64,000 nt of DNA. It comes from the human T2T-CHM13v2.0 reference genome, Homo sapiens. The DNA lies in assembly GCF_009914755.1 (NCBI RefSeq), contig NC_060929.1. The stretch is one strand, 5' to 3'. Numbering within the stretch: position 1 is the first letter of the stretch; each line of letters starts with the position of its first letter. Shown here one piece after another: positions 63,614 through 64,000 of the stretch. The translations under genes and the position numbers were made by a program. The notes beneath the pieces are model-generated. The model did no database searches and was not told the DNA's origin. It saw only the letters and a list, made by a program, of their open reading frames with translations.

Positions 63614-64000
63614 GGCAGGTCACAGGGCAGGCCACTGGGCTGGCCACTGGGCAGGTCACAGTGCTGGCCTCAGGGCAGGCACCGGGTAGGTCACAGTGCT
63701 GGCCTCAGGGCAGGTCACAGGGCTGGCCACTGGGCAGGTCACAGTGCTGGCCACAGGGCAGGTCACAGGACAGGTCACAGGGCAGGTCACAGGGCTGGCC
63801 ACTGGGCAGGTCACAGTGCTGGCCACAGGGCAGGTCACAGGACAGGTCACAGGGCAGGCCACAGGGCTGGCCACTGGGCAGGTCACAGTGCTGGCCACAG
63901 GGCAGGCACCGGGCAGGTCACAGGGCTGGCCACTGGGCAGTTCACAGTGCTGGTCACGGGGCAGGCCGCAGGCCAGGTGACAGGGAAAGCCCCCGGGCAG
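63614..64000 (+). repeat. GC-rich minisatellite, 12-bp unit with a 72-bp higher-order repeat
   Basis: Units AGGTCACAGGGC, TGGCCACTGGGC and AGGTCACAGTGC; degenerates toward the window end. Confidence 0.93.

Overview
Human genomic DNA: a human-specific AluYa5 is present, along with primate L1PA, MER41 and THE1 elements. The only protein-coding gene I can support is MED10 (Mediator subunit 10), on the minus strand. It has 4 coding exons (45244-45123, 44010-43927, 41187-41085, 39362-39264; 408 nt, 135 aa, all GT-AG introns), a CpG-island/ETS/GC-box promoter and an AATAAA signal at 38703-38708. From memory this places the window at chr5p15.31, and the 5' end of the lncRNA LINC02145 probably lies near 4 kb. 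The rest is intergenic and rich in interspersed repeats (Alu, L1, L2, MIR, MaLR/ERV LTRs, DNA transposons) and tandem repeats. Almost all ORFs in the supplied track are spurious. I found no new multi-gene system. The best leads are: a candidate in-frame upstream MED10 exon, an apparently APOBEC3-hypermutated MER39 LTR, a nested fold-back palindrome, a VNTR built from nuclear-receptor half-sites, a MER85 carrying the CSB-PGBD3 palindrome, and a twin-primed L1. Repeat subfamily names come from remembered consensus sequences and need RepeatMasker/Dfam confirmation.
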